A stretch of DNA of 40,445 bases. Source: a virus. Lineage: Duplodnaviria; Caudoviricetes. Location: positions 1 through 40,445 of IMG/VR virus record IMGVR_UViG_3300016665_000331. One strand, 5' to 3'. Below the pieces are notes generated by a model. It ran no database searches and was not told the DNA's origin. It saw only the letters and a list, made by a program, of their open reading frames with translations. The position numbers and the translations under genes are program-made. Shown here in pieces: positions 23,284 through 32,964 of the stretch. Position 1 is the first letter of the stretch. Every line of letters starts with the position of its first letter.

Positions 23284-23541
23284 ATTTTGGGGTGCATGGG
23301 GTTTGGGGTGCAAAGCCCCGCATTTCGTCTGGAGCAGTTTTAATTTTTTTCAGCCCGGCCCGGCCGGGCCCCTTATAGGGGAAATTATATATGTGTGTAT
23401 GTTGTGTTGTGTTGTTATTATTTATGCACCCCATACACCCCAAAATATATAACATATTGAAATCCAATAATTTTTCCTCGGGGCGCAAAAAAGGGGGCCA
23501 AAGGGAAATTTGGCCCCCGTTTCGGTGTTTTACGCCCCAAA
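23284..23541. other. Putative replication origin: AT-rich core flanked by inverted GGGGYGYA iterons
   Basis: Conspicuously AT-rich stretch; ATTTTGGGGTGCATGGGG...GGGGTGCA opposed by TGCACCCCATACACCCCAAAAT; lies at the 3' end of the primase-helicase gene. Confidence 0.6.
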
Positions 23542-26067
23542 TCAGAACGGAACGTCGGAGAAATCCCTCTCGCCCTCATGAAACTCGCGAACGGCCGCCC
23601 GCGCTTCGGCCTCCGTCATCTGGTTCCGGTTGAACCAGACGTAGTGATCGACCCTATCCTTTAGCTTCATCCGGCGGCCGTCGATCTGCGTCATGCCCAT
23701 GTCTGACAGCAGGTGCCCCAGCTGTTTGCGCTGTGGCAGGGTGCGCCCGTCCATCGTCGCCCGTTTGTTCAGCTCTGTGACGTCCAGCAGGGTCGTCGAG
23801 ATCACCGGCCCGGCGAAGTCTTCGATGGCGGTCTCGATGGCGTCCCGCTCCTCGGACACATGCATCCCGCGCATTGACACAAGGCCATCAGTCTCCGGCG
23901 CCCGCCCCTCCGGATCGAAACCAGCCGAAATCTTCCAGTCCAACAGGAAACGAGCCAGCGCGTCCGCCCGGCGTCGGCATTCGCCGAACAGCCTCGCGAA
24001 ATACGCCCCTACTGCCTCTGGGCCGCCGTGCTGGGTGAATAGGTCAGCCTTCGTGGCGTGGCGGGTGGAGATGACGCAATAGCGCCTGTCGTTGTCGCCG
24101 ACCGGGATGGCGTCGGCATGGTTCGTGAACATCATGTAGGAGGTGAAATTTGGGACAGTCTTTTCGTCCTTGCGCTTGGCCACGACGGCGATGGTGTCGT
24201 TGGTGATCAGCGGCTTCATCTTGTCGAGAATGGCGTATTTGTTCGTCCCTGCGATCCTGATCTCCTCAACGCCGATCAGCAGCGCGCCCTCCGCCCATCC
24301 GGTGAAATCCGAATTGATGGCTGTCGTCGAGACGACCCGGGCCCGAAGGCCCAGCGCCAGCTGCATGACCGTGTAGAAGAACGATTTCCCGTTTCCCTCG
24401 ATCCCGTGCAGCAGCAGGGCCCACCTGACGCGCAGGCCCGGGTTCTGGAGCACGTAGGCCATGAAATCGATCAGGATCCGCTGCTCGCGCTCCGAGGCGA
24501 TGGTGTTTCGCACATGCTCCATGAACAGGGCCACGACCGCGAGGCCATCCTCGTCCCCCTCCAGCGTCTCGCAGGGAGGTATGCCGCTCTCCACGTAGGT
24601 ATTGAGGCGCAGCAGGCCCTCGGTCTCGAACAGGCGCTCCTCGCCCGGCCAGTACATCAGGTTGGCCACCGTCGGCAGCTGGCACTGGTTGAGGGCGAAG
24701 GTTGCCGCGTCCGTCTCTGCCATCACGACGTCCGGCATGCGGTCGAACTTGGCGCGGAAGGCCTCCCGCTTGATCGAGTGCCGCACAGACACCCGCTCGA
24801 AGGTGGCGTCGGCCTCACAATAGACCCAGTCCAGAAGCCAGTCGGGCCCAGAGAATTCGCCGAGCTGCGAGATCCCTGAGCCCTCCAATTCCCCCGGCGA
24901 CGGTCTCCGCTTAGGCGGCTGCATGTCCCGTTTGACCTCGGCCTTGCTCATGCCTTGGGTCTTGCCAAAACTTTCATGGGCCGCCAGCGCCAGAGCCGAG
25001 CGCATGACGACGGGCAGCTGGACATTGTTCATGGCCCGCACGCGGTCGCGCAGGGCGATGTAGGCTGCGACGTCGGGCAAGGCCTTCGCCTCCGCCTCCA
25101 GCGCCGCGAACGTGTCTCCGGTGGGAGCCAGCTCCAGCGCCTGCCGCATCCCGCCCACATGCTTGATGATCGAGGCCAAGGTCTTTGGCCGCAGCCGCCC
25201 GCCGAACGAGCGCCACTTGGTGCGCATCTCCCGGGCGTCGTGCTTCGGCGACAGCTCGGACCAAGAGACCCACCGGCTGAACCCGTCGTCCGAGCCCCTG
25301 TACTGGTGCCAGAGCGCGGCGCCGACCTCCAACCATTGGTCGTAGTCTTTGCCATCCGCCGGCCAGCGCTCGAGCAGTGAGGCGACGGCGTCGTCGGTCA
25401 GGTCGAGGGGTTCGTAGGCGATGGCGCGCTCGAGCGCGAGGCCGGTGTCGTCGGCCGTAGGGGCGCCCAGACCGTCGGAATTTCCCCCTGACAACCCACC
25501 CCCATCAGCGCGTAGGTTATCAAGGGGAACTGCGTCCGCCACCTGCCACGGCTCGCCGCCCATCGTCAGAGACCACGGCTCGACGTTGGGCTGGTGCGAG
25601 GCGAGGAACATCAGCTGCGCCCAGACCCACGAACACTTGTCGGCGCCGCCGATGTCGGCGAGCAGACCGACAATCTCGTCCACGATGGACCTGTACTCGT
25701 CCTGCTCGACCGGGCGCGATAGCGGAACGCAGAGCCGGATCCGGGGCGCCTCCGGTGTGTGGCGAAAGGTGGAGTAAGCGACGAAGGCGCAGCTCAGGTT
25801 CATGCGCAGGATCAACTCGACCTCGTCGATGCCGATCTCGATGCTGTCGAAGTCAATGGTGACGACCGTGCGCGTTGCGATGTTGTCGTCGGCCCGGTTG
25901 CGCTTGGGGTCTTTCAGCGTGCCGCCGATGAACGCGCCGCGCGCCTTCGAGGCTTCCTTGTTTGGATATTCGAGAGAGCGCGTCAAATTGGCGCAGAGCT
26001 TATCCCATTCGAGCGAGCGAGCCTCGGCCGTGGCGAAATTCTTACAATAAGTGAATTCGACCATCAT
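23542..26067 (-). CDS. Primase-helicase (N-terminal primase-like domain, PriCT-2, DUF5906-type P-loop helicase)
   Basis: TIDFD...YSTFRHTPEAPRIRL; YDQWLEVGAALW; Walker A GIEGNGKS, GVEE, FTNH...DRRY. Confidence 0.85.
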   Translation of the reverse strand: MMVEFTYCKNFATAEARSLEWDKLCANLTRSLEYPNKEASKARGAFIGGTLKDPKRNRADDNIATRTVVTIDFDSIEIGIDEVELILRMNLSCAFVAYSTFRHTPEAPRIRLCVPLSRPVEQDEYRSIVDEIVGLLADIGGADKCSWVWAQLMFLASHQPNVEPWSLTMGGEPWQVADAVPLDNLRADGGGLSGGNSDGLGAPTADDTGLALERAIAYEPLDLTDDAVASLLERWPADGKDYDQWLEVGAALWHQYRGSDDGFSRWVSWSELSPKHDAREMRTKWRSFGGRLRPKTLASIIKHVGGMRQALELAPTGDTFAALEAEAKALPDVAAYIALRDRVRAMNNVQLPVVMRSALALAAHESFGKTQGMSKAEVKRDMQPPKRRPSPGELEGSGISQLGEFSGPDWLLDWVYCEADATFERVSVRHSIKREAFRAKFDRMPDVVMAETDAATFALNQCQLPTVANLMYWPGEERLFETEGLLRLNTYVESGIPPCETLEGDEDGLAVVALFMEHVRNTIASEREQRILIDFMAYVLQNPGLRVRWALLLHGIEGNGKSFFYTVMQLALGLRARVVSTTAINSDFTGWAEGALLIGVEEIRIAGTNKYAILDKMKPLITNDTIAVVAKRKDEKTVPNFTSYMMFTNHADAIPVGDNDRRYCVISTRHATKADLFTQHGGPEAVGAYFARLFGECRRRADALARFLLDWKISAGFDPEGRAPETDGLVSMRGMHVSEERDAIETAIEDFAGPVISTTLLDVTELNKRATMDGRTLPQRKQLGHLLSDMGMTQIDGRRMKLKDRVDHYVWFNRNQMTEAEARAAVREFHEGERDFSDVPF

Positions 26068-26270
26068 TTCGCGCTCCCGGCTTGCTCGGCGACCGGCTCG
26101 ATCAGGAGGGAGGCGAGATCTGTCGAGAGCGCAGCCTTGACCTCTTCCAGATCGAAGCGGCGGTGGCCGGAGGGCAATTCAATGGACGGGATCCGGCCCT
26201 CCTTCGCCAGCCTGTTGATGGTTTTCTTCGATAAACCAAGGGCTTTTCCAAGCTTCGCAGATGTCAGCAT
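26064..26270 (-). CDS. MerR/excisionase-like HTH DNA-binding protein
   Basis: MLTSAKLGKALGLSKKTINRLAKEGRIP...SGHRRFDLEEV. Confidence 0.8.
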   Translation of the reverse strand: MLTSAKLGKALGLSKKTINRLAKEGRIPSIELPSGHRRFDLEEVKAALSTDLASLLIEPVAEQAGSAK

Positions 26271-26290
26271 TATTTCTTACCAGCGCTGGA

Positions 26291-26319
26291 TTGACGTAAA
26301 TCGGAGAATAACGTAGAAA
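26291..26319 (+). promoter_or_regulatory. Putative sigma70 promoter of the replication operon
   Basis: TTGACG-17 nt-TAGAAA in the divergent intergenic region. Confidence 0.5.
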
Positions 26320-26352
26320 AGTGGGACAGGCAACCCTGTGGAGATCAGACAT

Positions 26353-26808
26353 ATGCTTGAAGACGCCTTGAACCGCCTCGCCGCCGCCATCGAGAGGCAA
26401 TCCGAGCTGATGGCCGAGAGCCATCGCATCATGGCCGAGATCACGCGCCCGACGGCGCCATCGCCTGAGCCGGTGCAGGAAGCGGCCCCGCCGCCTGAGC
26501 AGCCGAAGGCCGAGCGCAAGGCGCGCAAGGCTCCGGCGCCAGAGCCAGTAAATCCCCCCGAGCTTGAGGCGGCCGCCGAACCCGAGACGCCCAGCGAGCC
26601 GGTGACCGGGGCGCGGCCCGTCAACAAGAAAGATCTGATGGATCTCGCCATGTCGATGTCGCGTCAGGACACAGCATTCGGCCCGAAGATCCGCGCCATC
26701 CTCGGCAAGCATGGCGTCACGACCATTGGGGCCCTCGCCGACGAGCATGTCGGCGCGGTCTTCACCGAGTTGAACAACATGGCCAACAGTCATGCGCGGG
26801 AGGGCTGA
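26353..26808 (+). CDS. Hypothetical protein with Pro/Ala/Glu linker, typical lead gene of DUF2800 modules
   Basis: GGAG RBS before ATG 26353; C-terminal helical bundle KIRAILGKHGVTTIGAL. Confidence 0.7.
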   Translation: MLEDALNRLAAAIERQSELMAESHRIMAEITRPTAPSPEPVQEAAPPPEQPKAERKARKAPAPEPVNPPELEAAAEPETPSEPVTGARPVNKKDLMDLAMSMSRQDTAFGPKIRAILGKHGVTTIGALADEHVGAVFTELNNMANSHAREG

Positions 26809-26810
26809 CG

Positions 26811-27074
26811 ATGACGACCCAAGAGCAGGATGCCGGCGAGACGACGCCGGAGCAGGAAGCGGCGGCGCAGTCTTTCTTTGGATTGATGATCAAGGCTTCG
26901 TCGGTAACCGGATCTCGCCTGATGCTGGCGACGTCGATCAGTTTCATTGCGGCCACCCTTGCCGAGATGGATTTGCCCGACGATCTCCTCGAGGGCGCCA
27001 TTGAGGCGCTTGGGCGTGATCTCAAGATCGGCGTGGCCGAATATCGCAACCACAAAAGCGCAATGGTGAACTGA
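26811..27074 (+). CDS. Hypothetical protein
   Basis: GGAGG RBS; TGATG-coupled to the next gene. Confidence 0.65.
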   Translation: MTTQEQDAGETTPEQEAAAQSFFGLMIKASSVTGSRLMLATSISFIAATLAEMDLPDDLLEGAIEALGRDLKIGVAEYRNHKSAMVN

Positions 27075-28231
27075 TGCCAACAGCCCACGCCAAACTGAGC
27101 GCGAGCGGCGCGCACCGCTGGATGAACTGCCCCGGCTCCGTCGCCGCCGAGGCCAACCTGCCGGACAGGTCGTCAATCTTTGCCGATGAAGGCACGCTCG
27201 CGCACGCCATCTGCGAGCACGCGCTGATCAACAACATGCCTGTTGATGCAGCGGCACTTGATACGCCGCCTGAATTTCTTGGTTTGAACTTGCCCGCCGA
27301 CGTTGTCGATCAGGCGTTCCTCGACGCCTGTCAGATGTATGTCGATTACGTCAACAGCCTGCCCGGCTCGCAGCGCATGTATGAGGTTCGGGTTGATTTC
27401 TCGCTATGGGTGCCGGAGGGCTTCGGCACCAGCGACGTCGTGATCCTCGACGGGAACACGATCCGCATCGTCGATCTGAAATTCGGCAAGGGCGTGAAGG
27501 TGGACGCGGACAACAACCCGCAGCCACTGCTGTACGCGCTCGGCACGCTCAATGATTTCGGCTGGCTCTCGGACATCGAGCACATCGAGATGCACATCGT
27601 GCAGCCACGCCTAGATCACATCAGCGTCTGCACCGTCAGCAAGGGCGACCTGATCAAGTTCGGCGAGCGTGCGGATCAGGCGGCGCGGAAAGCGCTCGAA
27701 GACAATGCGCCTCGCGTCCCGGGCGAGAAGCAATGCCGCTTCTGCAAGGCCAAAACAAATTGCGGCGCCCTGTATCAGGCGACGGCCGACGCCCTGATGT
27801 CAGACTTTGACGATCTGGATCCGCCACCGGCGAACACGCTGTCGAACGATCAGCTGCGCAAGGTTCTGGAGAGAAAAGACCTGATTGTCGCATGGCTCTC
27901 GGCCGTCGAGACGCATGTGACAGAGCGCATTGTTAATGGCGAAGACTTTCCCGGCTTTAAAATTGTCGAGGGGCGCAGCCTGCGACAATGGAACGATGAC
28001 GAGAACCTTACCGTTCGCCTCGAACGACTGCTTGGGCAAATGGCCTATGTGAAAAAACTCGTCAGTCCAGCGCAAGCCGAAAAGGTTCTTGGTAAAAGCA
28101 AAAAACATTTGGTGGCTGACTACATCGTAAAGCCACGCGGAAAACCAAAACTGGCGCCGTCGAGCGATCCCCGGCCGCCAATCACCGCATCGATGTCAGA
28201 CTTCGACGTCGTTGTGGAAAACGAAGAATAA
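27074..28231 (+). CDS. DUF2800-family Cas4-like PD-(D/E)XK nuclease
   Basis: [29 protein letters not shown]...[25 protein letters not shown]. Confidence 0.9.
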   Translation: MPTAHAKLSASGAHRWMNCPGSVAAEANLPDRSSIFADEGTLAHAICEHALINNMPVDAAALDTPPEFLGLNLPADVVDQAFLDACQMYVDYVNSLPGSQRMYEVRVDFSLWVPEGFGTSDVVILDGNTIRIVDLKFGKGVKVDADNNPQPLLYALGTLNDFGWLSDIEHIEMHIVQPRLDHISVCTVSKGDLIKFGERADQAARKALEDNAPRVPGEKQCRFCKAKTNCGALYQATADALMSDFDDLDPPPANTLSNDQLRKVLERKDLIVAWLSAVETHVTERIVNGEDFPGFKIVEGRSLRQWNDDENLTVRLERLLGQMAYVKKLVSPAQAEKVLGKSKKHLVADYIVKPRGKPKLAPSSDPRPPITASMSDFDVVVENEE

Positions 28232-28313
28232 GCTTGCATCGATCTATCGATCCGTGCAGCTTGTGCCCGTCCAATGGTGGACGATAAACGAAGACGTCAA
28301 AAGGAGACGTAAG

Positions 28314-28847
28314 ATGGCTAAAATCAAACTGAACAATGTGCGCCTGTCGTTCCCGAACCTGTTCCGCAAAGCGGTTTTCTCCGGCGAGGAGACCAAGTTC
28401 GAAGCGACCCTCCTCCTCGACAAGAAGAAGCACGCCGAAACGATCAAGGAGATCGAGACGGCCATCGCAGCCGCGATCAAGGAAAAGTGGCAAGGCAAGG
28501 TGAAGACGATCCCTGCCGACAAGCTCTGCATGAAGGACGGCGACCAGTTCGAGTACGCTGGTTATGCCGGGAACATGTCGTTCAAGGCGTCCAGTAACAA
28601 GCGCCCACTCGTCCTCGACCGTGATCGCTCGCCGCTGACCAGCGACGACGGAAAGCTTTACGCCGGCTGTTATGTCAACGCCGTCGTCGAGCTTTGGGTG
28701 CAGGATAACCAATACGGCAAGCGCGTGAACGCCAACCTTCTCGGTGTTCAATTTGCCAAGGATGGCGAACCCTTCGCCGACGGCGCCGTCGCAAGCGCCG
28801 ACGACTTCGATGTCGTCGAAGGCGAGAAGGAAGAGAACTGGATGTAG
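28314..28847 (+). CDS. DUF2815-family single-stranded DNA-binding protein
   Basis: Start revised to ATG 28314 (AAGGAG); VRLSFPNLF, KDGD, YAGCYVNA, GVQFAKDGEPF; acidic tail ending ENWM. Confidence 0.9.
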   Translation: MAKIKLNNVRLSFPNLFRKAVFSGEETKFEATLLLDKKKHAETIKEIETAIAAAIKEKWQGKVKTIPADKLCMKDGDQFEYAGYAGNMSFKASSNKRPLVLDRDRSPLTSDDGKLYAGCYVNAVVELWVQDNQYGKRVNANLLGVQFAKDGEPFADGAVASADDFDVVEGEKEENWM

Positions 28848-28955
28848 TCACCCACCAATCAACCTCCCGAGGGCGGGATTGGTGGTTTCGGTCGCCCGGT
28901 GGTGCATATTGCGCGCCGGGCGGCCCCTTCATAAACGAGCCCGAGGCTACTCCTC

Positions 28956-30734
28956 ATGCTGATCGTAGACGTTGAAACGTACCGCAATTATTTCCTGATC
29001 ATGTTCCTGAACATCGAAGAGAAGAAGGCCGCAGCCTTCGAGATGTTCGACGGCAATCCCCTCAACAAAGAGCGCGTGGCGCAGCTGATGCGCAGCCGGG
29101 TGACCATCGGCTTCAACAGCAACAGCTTCGACCTGTATCTGATCGCCGCGGCCCTCGACGGCTGGAGCTGCGAGAAGCTCAAGGAGCTGGCCGACGCCAT
29201 CATCAAGAGCAATCTTCCGGCGTGGCGCATTGCGCGCGACCGTGGCGTTAGTTTGCCGCGCGGTTGGGATCACATCGACCTGATCGAAGTTGCGCCCGGA
29301 CAGGCGAGCCTGAAGATCTATGGCGGTCGCCTGCACTGCCCGACGATGCAAGATCTCCCCATCAAGCCCGACGAGATGATCCGCCCGACGCAGCGCCCCC
29401 TGCTCAAGAACTATTGCCGCAACGACCTCGACACGACCGCGGCCCTGTTCCGGCAGCTCGAACCGGCCATCAGGCTGCGCGCCGACATGGGCAAGCAGTA
29501 TGGCGGCATCGACCTGCGCAGCAAGAGCGATGCCCAGATCGCCGAGGCGGTCATCAAGCATGAGCTGACCGAGATGACCGGCAAGGAGTATCGGCCGCCG
29601 AAGGCCGAGGTCGGCGGCGTCGTGCGCTACCGCGACCCCCTCATCGTCGGCTTCCGCAATGCCGGCCTGACGGAGATCTTCGAGCGGATCCTGAAGACCG
29701 GCTTTCCCATCGGCATGAACGGCGCCGTGAAGATGCCGGACTGGCTCGCCGAGAAGCGCATCAGGATCGGCTCGACCGAATACCAGATGGGCATTGGCGG
29801 CCTGCACTCCTGCGAGAAGTGCCAGAGCATCGTGGCCAAGCCGGGCGAGATCCTCGCCGACTTCGACGTCGCCAGCTACTACCCCTCGATTATCCTGAAA
29901 CTGAAGCTCGCCCCTAAGCAGATGGGCTCAGACTTCCTGACGGTCTACCAGAGCATCGTAACGCGGCGTCTGGAGGCGAAGCAGAAGAAGGACAAGCTCG
30001 CCGCTGACACCCTGAAGATCGTCGTGAACGGATCCTTCGGCAAGCTGGGGAGCATGTGGAGCGCGCTCTACGCGCCCGAGCTGATGATCCAGACGACGAT
30101 CACAGGGCAGCTCTGCCTGCTGATGCTGATCGAGCAGCTGGAGGCGGCAGGGGTCCGCGTTGTGAGCGCGAACACCGACGGCATTGTCGTCTATACGGAC
30201 GGCCGCCGCGCCGAGGATCTGGAGCGCATTACGTTCGACTGGATGCTCGACACCAGCTTCGAGCTGGAGCGGTCGGACTACACCGCCATCCACAGCCGCG
30301 ACGTCAACAACTACATCGCCGTCAAGAAAGACGGCTCCACGAAGCGCAAGGGCGTCTACGCCGAGCCGGGCATGTCGAAGAACCCGGAATTCACCATCGT
30401 CGCCGACGCGATGGCTGCATGCCTCGCCAAGCGCGTCCCGGTTGAGCACACGATAAGCGAGTGCAGGGACATCACCAAGTTCGTCTCGATCCGGCGTGTC
30501 GATGGCGGCGCCGTCTGGCGCGGGGAATATCTGGGCAAGGCGGTGCGCTTCTACTATTCCACGGCGGCCGACCGTGACGAGCAGATTGCCTATGCGCGCA
30601 ACAGCAACAAGGTGCCGAAGAGCGACGGCGCCCGGCCGCTGATGACGCTGCCCGACGCCTTCCCGGACGACATCGACATCGACCGATACGTAGAGATGGC
30701 CGAGGAAGGCCTGAAAGATCTGGGGGTGGTGTGA
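28956..30734 (+). CDS. DNA polymerase, family B, with 3'-5' exonuclease
   Basis: Exo DVET, FNSNSFD, YCRND; polymerase DVASYYPS, KIVVNGSFGK, SANTDG. Confidence 0.9.
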   Translation: MLIVDVETYRNYFLIMFLNIEEKKAAAFEMFDGNPLNKERVAQLMRSRVTIGFNSNSFDLYLIAAALDGWSCEKLKELADAIIKSNLPAWRIARDRGVSLPRGWDHIDLIEVAPGQASLKIYGGRLHCPTMQDLPIKPDEMIRPTQRPLLKNYCRNDLDTTAALFRQLEPAIRLRADMGKQYGGIDLRSKSDAQIAEAVIKHELTEMTGKEYRPPKAEVGGVVRYRDPLIVGFRNAGLTEIFERILKTGFPIGMNGAVKMPDWLAEKRIRIGSTEYQMGIGGLHSCEKCQSIVAKPGEILADFDVASYYPSIILKLKLAPKQMGSDFLTVYQSIVTRRLEAKQKKDKLAADTLKIVVNGSFGKLGSMWSALYAPELMIQTTITGQLCLLMLIEQLEAAGVRVVSANTDGIVVYTDGRRAEDLERITFDWMLDTSFELERSDYTAIHSRDVNNYIAVKKDGSTKRKGVYAEPGMSKNPEFTIVADAMAACLAKRVPVEHTISECRDITKFVSIRRVDGGAVWRGEYLGKAVRFYYSTAADRDEQIAYARNSNKVPKSDGARPLMTLPDAFPDDIDIDRYVEMAEEGLKDLGVV

Positions 30735-31657
30735 TGGGCGCCTACTATAACGAGCACGACCCCAAGGCAGCCGCGTGGCTGCGCGAGCTGATCAAACAAG
30801 GCCACCTGCCTGCTGGAGAGGTGGACGAGCGGAGCATCGAGGATGTTTGTCCAACTGAGCTTTCTTCATTTGCTCAATGTCACTTCTTCGCCGGGATCGG
30901 CGTCTGGGCCTACAGCCTCCGCCAAGCCGGTTGGCCAGATGATCGCCCCGTCTGGACCGGATCCTGCCCGTGCCAGCCTTTCAGCGCGGCAGGCAAAGGC
31001 GGCGGGTTTGCTGACGAGCGGCACCTATGGCCCGCGTGGCACCACCTCATTCGAGAGTGTCGCCCTGCAACGGTCTTTGGAGAACAAGTTGCGAGCAAGG
31101 ACGGCCTCGGCTGGCTCGACCTTGTTCAATCTGACATGGAAGCAACGGACTACGCCTTCGGGGCTTTCGATCTCTGCGCTGCGGGCGTCGGGGCGCCGCA
31201 TATTCGACAGCGCCTCTACTTCGTGGCCAACGCCACAAGAAGCGGACGGCTTACGTGGGTCGGATACGATGGCGAGGCGCGGAACCAATTACACCATGAA
31301 GGGCGCGGCGAAACTGACAGGGTGGCCGACGCCTGCGAAGGCGAACGGGGATGGGGGTCAGCACATGGGCGACGGCACATCGGCGACGGGGGTCCGAACA
31401 AATGGAACGAAGACGCAAGTCACATTGAATGGTCTGGCAAAAATGGCGACAGGCTCGGCCCGACGAACGGCTTCTGGGGAGCTGCTGATTGGCTCCACTG
31501 CACAGATGGAAAGTGGAGGCCAGTTGAACCCGGCACATTCCCGCTGGCTCATGGGGCTCCCGCCCGCGTGGGACGACTGCGCGGTTATGGCAATGCCATC
31601 GTCGCGCCCCTCGCGCAAACCTTCATCGAAGAAGCCATGAGGTGCATCGATGCGTGA
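30734..31657 (+). CDS. C5 cytosine DNA methyltransferase, main (alpha) chain lacking motif IX
   Basis: FFAGIG (I), GSCPCQPFS (IV), GEQV (VI), HIRQRLYFV (VIII), LRGYGNAIV (X). Confidence 0.85.
   Translation: MGAYYNEHDPKAAAWLRELIKQGHLPAGEVDERSIEDVCPTELSSFAQCHFFAGIGVWAYSLRQAGWPDDRPVWTGSCPCQPFSAAGKGGGFADERHLWPAWHHLIRECRPATVFGEQVASKDGLGWLDLVQSDMEATDYAFGAFDLCAAGVGAPHIRQRLYFVANATRSGRLTWVGYDGEARNQLHHEGRGETDRVADACEGERGWGSAHGRRHIGDGGPNKWNEDASHIEWSGKNGDRLGPTNGFWGAADWLHCTDGKWRPVEPGTFPLAHGAPARVGRLRGYGNAIVAPLAQTFIEEAMRCIDA
30843..31640 (+). CDS. Overprinted alternative-frame methyltransferase beta-like chain carrying motif IX
   Basis: 265-aa open frame nested in the MTase; WPTP x2 and [18 protein letters not shown] (motif IX-like); GGAG 8 nt before ATG 30843. 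Confidence 0.7.
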   Translation: MFVQLSFLHLLNVTSSPGSASGPTASAKPVGQMIAPSGPDPARASLSARQAKAAGLLTSGTYGPRGTTSFESVALQRSLENKLRARTASAGSTLFNLTWKQRTTPSGLSISALRASGRRIFDSASTSWPTPQEADGLRGSDTMARRGTNYTMKGAAKLTGWPTPAKANGDGGQHMGDGTSATGVRTNGTKTQVTLNGLAKMATGSARRTASGELLIGSTAQMESGGQLNPAHSRWLMGLPPAWDDCAVMAMPSSRPSRKPSSKKP

Positions 31658-31916
31658 GAGGCAAATCGAAATCGCGCTGGTGTATCGCGTGAAGGAGCTC
31701 GGTGGAACGTGCGAAAAATTTGTTTCGCCCGGACGCCGATCTGTCCCAGACAGACTGGTGACATTGCCGGGCGGCCGCATTATCTTTGTCGAGCTCAAGG
31801 CTCCGGGCAACAAGCCGACCGAAGCGCAGCGCAGAGATCACGATAGACGTCGCGAGCTGGGATGCGAGGTTCGCCTGATAAACAATATGGGCGATGTGAA
31901 TGTCTTTCCGGATTAA
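31650..31916 (+). CDS. VRR-NUC domain nuclease
   Basis: MRERQIE...KFVSPGRRSVPDRLV...FVELKAPG.KPTEAQ. Confidence 0.9.
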   Translation: MRERQIEIALVYRVKELGGTCEKFVSPGRRSVPDRLVTLPGGRIIFVELKAPGNKPTEAQRRDHDRRRELGCEVRLINNMGDVNVFPD

Positions 31917-31948
31917 ATATATTCGGCCTTTCATAAAGGTCGTGGCGG

Positions 31949-31970
31949 GCCGGATCGCACCCGGCTTTTT
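31949..31970 (+). terminator. Rho-independent terminator
   Basis: GCCGG-ATCGCAC-CCGGC-TTTTT. Confidence 0.55.
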
Positions 31971-32033
31971 GCTATCTGGGAACGCCCATCTGTGATGAAC
32001 AATTCGCAGCCGCCACAAAAGAACATCCCACAC

Positions 32034-32062
32034 TTGACACCGAATTACAATAGGGTTAGAAA
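32034..32062 (+). promoter_or_regulatory. Putative sigma70 promoter of the inserted 32.1-33.85 kb cassette
   Basis: TTGACA-17 nt-TAGAAA. Confidence 0.5.
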
Positions 32063-32096
32063 GCTATTATCGAGATTTTCTGAAATGCGGTGAGAA

Positions 32097-32654
32097 GTGG
32101 CCAAAATTACCCGTGCATACGTTCTCAAGGAAGACGAGCGAGAGGACATGGCGCGGGCCGCTGGCGTCCCGGTCGGCTCTGTGAGCGCGGCGGAAGCGAA
32201 GTCGCCCCCACGAATGCGTCCCGGCGAGTTGCTGGCCGTGTTTGACCTGACATGCTTTGGCGACAACCGCGATGACATAGCCGAGGCGATCCGCGTTATC
32301 CGTGCGAGCGGTGCTGACATAATCGAGATTGGCAGCGGGCGGCTGTGTGGCGACGGCGCGGTGATGATGGCGGAAGCCATGCGAAAGCTGGCCGCGTTGC
32401 ATCCGGGCCGTAGGGCGATGAGACAGGCAGCGATAGACACAGCGCGGAAACGAACAGACGATGGCCGCTGCACCGCTGATCGGCTTTTCGAGTTGTGGGG
32501 CAGCGCCGCAGACATTGCGGAGGTCGTTTCAAAGAGCGGCTGGCCGCAGGCGACAATCTACAGGCATTTCAAGATGGCCGGGATCACGCGCGAAATGGCG
32601 CGACTGGAAATGGCGAACCGCCGCAAGGCAAAGCGCCCGCGCGGCAAAACTTGA
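32097..32654 (+). CDS. Degenerate serine-resolvase-like protein with C-terminal HTH
   Basis: RAYV, MRPGELLAVFDLTCFG, IRASGADIIEI, GWPQATIYRH parallel the resolvase layout, but YxRVS and DRLGR are absent. Confidence 0.5.
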   Translation: MAKITRAYVLKEDEREDMARAAGVPVGSVSAAEAKSPPRMRPGELLAVFDLTCFGDNRDDIAEAIRVIRASGADIIEIGSGRLCGDGAVMMAEAMRKLAALHPGRRAMRQAAIDTARKRTDDGRCTADRLFELWGSAADIAEVVSKSGWPQATIYRHFKMAGITREMARLEMANRRKAKRPRGKT

Positions 32655-32959
32655 GGAGACTTGGCCATGCAGCCCGACATGCTTGAGATAGTCCGCAAGG
32701 CGATCAACGCCGAATACGCTGCGCTGCTGCCGGACGGGTTCGAGGTTTTCCGCGTCGATGAATACACGCAGGCGAAATACCCAGCGCCAAACCTCTGGTA
32801 TGAAAAGACGCACCTTGTGCCTGAAGCCAGGTATGTCGCAATTCTTCTCGGAGAGAAGGAGAGCGTGCCGGCACTTGGTGTCACTGTCAACGATGCTGTG
32901 AAGCGTGCAATAGCGAAGATCGAAGCGCGCAACGCATCGGCGTCCCATTAAAAGGAGCG
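32647..32959 (+). repeat. ~310-bp direct repeat, copy 1
   Basis: Near-identical to 33548-33860 (offset 901 nt). Confidence 0.95.
32667..32951 (+). CDS. Hypothetical protein, duplicated copy 1 (94 aa)
   Basis: GAGGAG RBS; MQPDMLEIVRKAINAEY... Confidence 0.75.
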   Translation: MQPDMLEIVRKAINAEYAALLPDGFEVFRVDEYTQAKYPAPNLWYEKTHLVPEARYVAILLGEKESVPALGVTVNDAVKRAIAKIEARNASASH

Positions 32960-32964
32960 CCGGC

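Noticed and set aside
23204-23633. Short ORFs across the AT-rich region
   Set aside because: Atypical composition, no RBS; better explained as non-coding origin DNA
26064-26270. Excisionase implying a prophage
   Set aside because: No integrase, att site or host genes in the window; the HTH is coupled to the primase and is more likely a replication regulator
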